From: Antedon mediterranea
Taxonomy: Eukaryota; Animalia; Echinodermata
Reading direction: 5' to 3'
Assembly (NCBI RefSeq): GCF_964355755.1
Contig: NC_092674.1
Location: forward strand, 1,426,001 to 1,490,000
DNA: 64,000 bases
Under the pieces are notes generated by a model. It saw only the letters and a list, made by a program, of their open reading frames with translations. It had not been told where the DNA came from and ran no database searches. The position numbers were made by a program, and so were the translations under genes. Positions 61,301 to 64,000 of this stretch are shown piece after piece; within the stretch, counting starts at the first letter, position 1; the number at the start of each line of letters is the position of its first letter.

Positions 61301-62541
61301 ACTTGCACTGAGCTACTCAAACTGCTCACATATATAAACAGTGAGGATTATCTGCTCAAAACAGTCTATCTACACTATCAAACTAGTGATATGCCCAAAT
61401 ATGGTAGTGATATGACATCATTATGTCCATATAATAAGGGCACATCACATTTTTTTGTCAAATAAAGTTTGACAATCATACAAACACAGTACTACAGTCT
61501 TAACACAATTCAGACTATGGCCTTGTATCATTTCATTTCGCGATCTCTTATCGAGGGGTAAGATCAAATTGCTATAAATGTTTATTAGTATCACACTACC
61601 TGGATTTTCCATGACTTCATTATGCATTTCTCCAGCAAAATGAACTTGTTTGACTGAATTCTATAATGAAAATAAAAATATATTTTTTACACACTTAATC
61701 ATGTGTATTAAAACGTTGACTAACATAAAAAAGACAAGAACTACAGACTTAATACTTTAATACTATTTAATAAGTTAATCTTATCTTGTTAAGTTCACAT
61801 ACTCACATGAATATCATCAAACAAGTTGGCAGGACAGTAATCAATGTTGTGATTTTCTAAATACTGAAGGAAGAAATGAAAACAACAATATTAATTGTTT
61901 TTTAAATACCGTATATACTCGGGTATAATCCCACTCTGGGCCTAATCCCACCCCCTACTTTCAGCTGATTTTACAGGCATATCCCTGGGTGGGTATAGTC
62001 CCAGTATTGACTTTTGGTCTGGATGTAGGCCTCTCTCTAGCCAGTTCAGATGCTTACCAATCATTTTTTTCCTGAACCAGGTTTATCCCGGCTATAGTTC
62101 CACCACCAAAAGTCGGCCCAATTTTGTGTTCTAGTGGGGTGGGATATACAATATATGATTTATAATCAGAAAGCTGGATGATGATGACACTTGCTGTTGA
62201 TGAGAAAGTGATGATGCATTGATAATTAATTTAATTAATTAATTTTAAAGTACATTACTTCTATAACGTTTGCGAGTAAAGCCATTTCAGGAATTGAAAA
62301 TATGTCCATAAGCTGTCGCATATTTTGTCCCTGTAAAGAAAAAATAAATTAAATTTCACTGAATCTGAAAGCTTGCTTGCCTTTTCCTTCATGTTTATTT
62401 GTTTAAGGTCAAAGGTTATACTTAATTATGCAAAAGATTTGATTACACACCTTGCCATGAAATGAGCTCATGTACGTTACTGGGATGTGAACACTGTCAT
62501 ATTCCTCAATGACCTCCTCATTGCTTAACTGTCGGTGACCC
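52347..62541 (-). CDS. NT5DC3: 5'-nucleotidase domain-containing protein (NT5DC2/NT5DC3-like HAD hydrolase), 3' portion; exons 62541-62451, 62330-62259, 61863-61807, 61660-61600, 61193-61091, 60598-60497, 60181-60097, 59762-59622, 54854-54768, 52821-52757, 52602-52347; 5' exons not found in the window
   Basis: [116 protein letters not shown]; all junction phases agree. DC2 versus DC3 not resolvable. Confidence 0.93.
54480..54629. mobile_element. Fragment of a Harbinger-like element resembling the right end of 21316-22205
   Basis: Repeated ATCGGTTAATT/AACCGATAA subterminal motifs, GAGCAGAA and terminal GCGGAAATACGGCC. Confidence 0.45.
55066..56715. repeat. 55-bp minisatellite, 30 copies, in an NT5DC intron
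   Basis: TACACATTGCAATACATTGGTTCAGCCACTGCCAATTAGAATAAAGCAGGACTTA; 1650 bp = 30 x 55; rare TTTGA and CTTG variants. Confidence 0.97.
56985..57105 (-). mobile_element. tRNA-derived SINE (Gly-TCC-like head), degenerate
   Basis: Minus strand GTTGTAGCTTGATGGTTAACGTGCTTGCCTTCCAATCACAAAGTCCGGGGTTCAATCCTGAC has A-box and B-box; body CTAGGTTCTAGxCxGTAATTAGTAAA recurs at about 11261-11286. Confidence 0.65.
57545..59421. repeat. G-rich 47-49-bp minisatellite, about 39 copies, in the same NT5DC intron
   Basis: CCTTGGGGTGGTGGAAGCAGGTGAAATAAAGCTCAAAAGGGGAGCAGGG with GGGTAGGG variants; more diverged at the left edge. Confidence 0.96.
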
Positions 62542-62607
62542 CTGAAGTAAAATGGTTTAAAAAATCTAAATGAATCTACTATACATATCAATTGAACACA
62601 CTATCCA

Positions 62608-63081
62608 AGACCTGCATTAGTGAGTTTATCTAAAAAGACTTCTACGCAATCAGTGGCACAACGGCTAGACCTGCATTAGTGAGTTTATCTAACAAGACTT
62701 CTACGCAATCAAGTGGCACAACGGTTAGACCTGCATTAGTGAGTTTATCTAACAAGACTTCTACGCAATCAGTGGCACAACGGCTAGACCTGCATTAGTG
62801 AGTTTATCTAACAAGACTTCTACGCAATCAGTGGCACAACGGCTAGACCTGCATTAGTGAGTTTATCTAACAAGACTTCTACGCAATCAGTGGCACAACG
62901 GCTAGACCTGCATTAGTGAGTTTATCTAACAAGACTTCTACGCAATCAGTGGCACAACGGCTAGACCTGCATTAGTGAGTTTATTCAACAAGACTTCTAC
63001 GCAATCAGTGGCACAACGGCTAGACCTGCATTAGTGAGTTTATCTAACAAGACTTCTACGCAATCAGTGGCACAACGGCTA
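62608..63081. repeat. 59-bp minisatellite x8
   Basis: AGACCTGCATTAGTGAGTTTATCTAACAAGACTTCTACGCAATCAGTGGCACAACGGCT at 62608, 62667, 62727, 62786, 62845, 62904, 62963, 63022. Confidence 0.96.
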
Positions 63082-63635
63082 TGAGCACTCACTAGCTAAA
63101 CCCAAGGGCCCGGCCTGAGCAGTGTCCAGAAGATAAAACAGGAATTAAAATATACATCAAAAAAGGCTAAAAACGCCCAAGGCCTCCAGCGTTGGAGGGC
63201 TACTTAGGGTTCCTAAAAAAGGGGGCCTCAGGCATCTGTGTTAGACCATCGATTGCAATTCTGTTTTATTTCTTCCCCCCCAAGTCCCAAAAGGTCCACT
63301 ATTTTCTCTGTTGGTATTTTTTCTTGTCTTGTTTAACTAAAGACAATATTATATATATACAAAATTTACATTATCAATTGTATACAAACAAAAATATGTT
63401 AATATAAAATGAAAAAATACGGTAATTAAATTTACGGAATCTGAAATGACTCAAACTTGATGTAAAACATGCGCAGTCGATCATGTGACGACAAGCAATA
63501 GCTTAGCGCTTCATGTACGCGGTACGCGGTAAAGTGTTTGCTGGAAATAAATACAGACGTACAACAGGCGGTAAAGATAGGTATAGGTAGCTGTTGCCAA
63601 GCTCATATCTTATAACACTACGCGCCCAGTAAATC

Positions 63636-63924
63636 ATCCATGGACGCCATTCGGGCGGACAGGTTATTTAAATTGTGATTTAAATGTAAATGGTTTAAAT
63701 TTTGCGGTCCGCCTCGAAGTATCTGTGGTTAACCATCTTGATGAATGATTCATGGAAAAGGGAAGAAATTATGTACACAAAGTAAAATAAAAGTTTCTTT
63801 GGGATCTGGACACTTTCCGATTAATTCTGTGTGTTTACATTGATACGTTTGGTTAGACAACTTCGTTCTTTAACCGAAACATTGTGGATATTGCCTTGAC
63901 AACGGCGGAATGGCGTCCATGGAT
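63636..63924. repeat. 17-bp perfect inverted repeat flanking a 255-bp spacer
   Basis: ATCCATGGACGCCATTC (63636-63652) and GAATGGCGTCCATGGAT (63908-63924) in a CpG-richer block. Confidence 0.75.
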
Positions 63925-64000
63925 TACAAAGGTCTCACCCAGTTACCTATCTTGCGCCGCGTAGCGGCGCTATACAATCTTTGGTGTCTGGAAATACAGC

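Noticed and set aside
55066-63081. CRISPR-like appearance of the regular arrays
   Set aside because: Units are head-to-tail with no unique spacers, no cas genes, and the context is eukaryotic introns.
62608-63081. 59-bp array as another decoy-acceptor array for the NT5DC exon at 62541
   Set aside because: Sense strand has CACTAATGCAG but no pyrimidine tract and no exon sequence in the unit, unlike the PCCB array.

Overview
AT-rich, intron-containing animal genomic DNA, probably an invertebrate deuterostome such as an echinoderm (inference from gene set, intron positions and SINE type). Hand-spliced gene order: 3' part of a PP2A B'' subunit (PPP2R3A/B-like, +), an intronless class A GPCR (+), MSL2 (-) head-to-head with a complete 15-exon PCCB (+), two adjacent orphan genes sharing an unrecognised N-terminal domain (+,+), a DUF229 gene (-) head-to-head with a CEP63/DEUP1 pro-orthologue (+), a secreted astacin-kringle metalloprotease (+), a Spot14/MID1IP1 gene (-) and the 3' part of an NT5DC2/3-like gene (-). 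Non-coding DNA is dense in PIF/Harbinger-type MITEs, tRNA-derived SINE fragments and young minisatellites. Most notable: a 48-bp array in a PCCB intron that is 13 copies of the splice acceptor plus the first 15 exon bases and is interrupted by a MITE; the orphan paralogue pair; the astacin+kringle architecture; PPP2R3-MSL2-PCCB microsynteny as in human 3q22; two GC-AG introns in PCCB; strong excess of the palindrome TAGGCCTA. No prokaryotic systems, CRISPR arrays or rRNA were seen. Exon coordinates were read by eye; no database searches were run.
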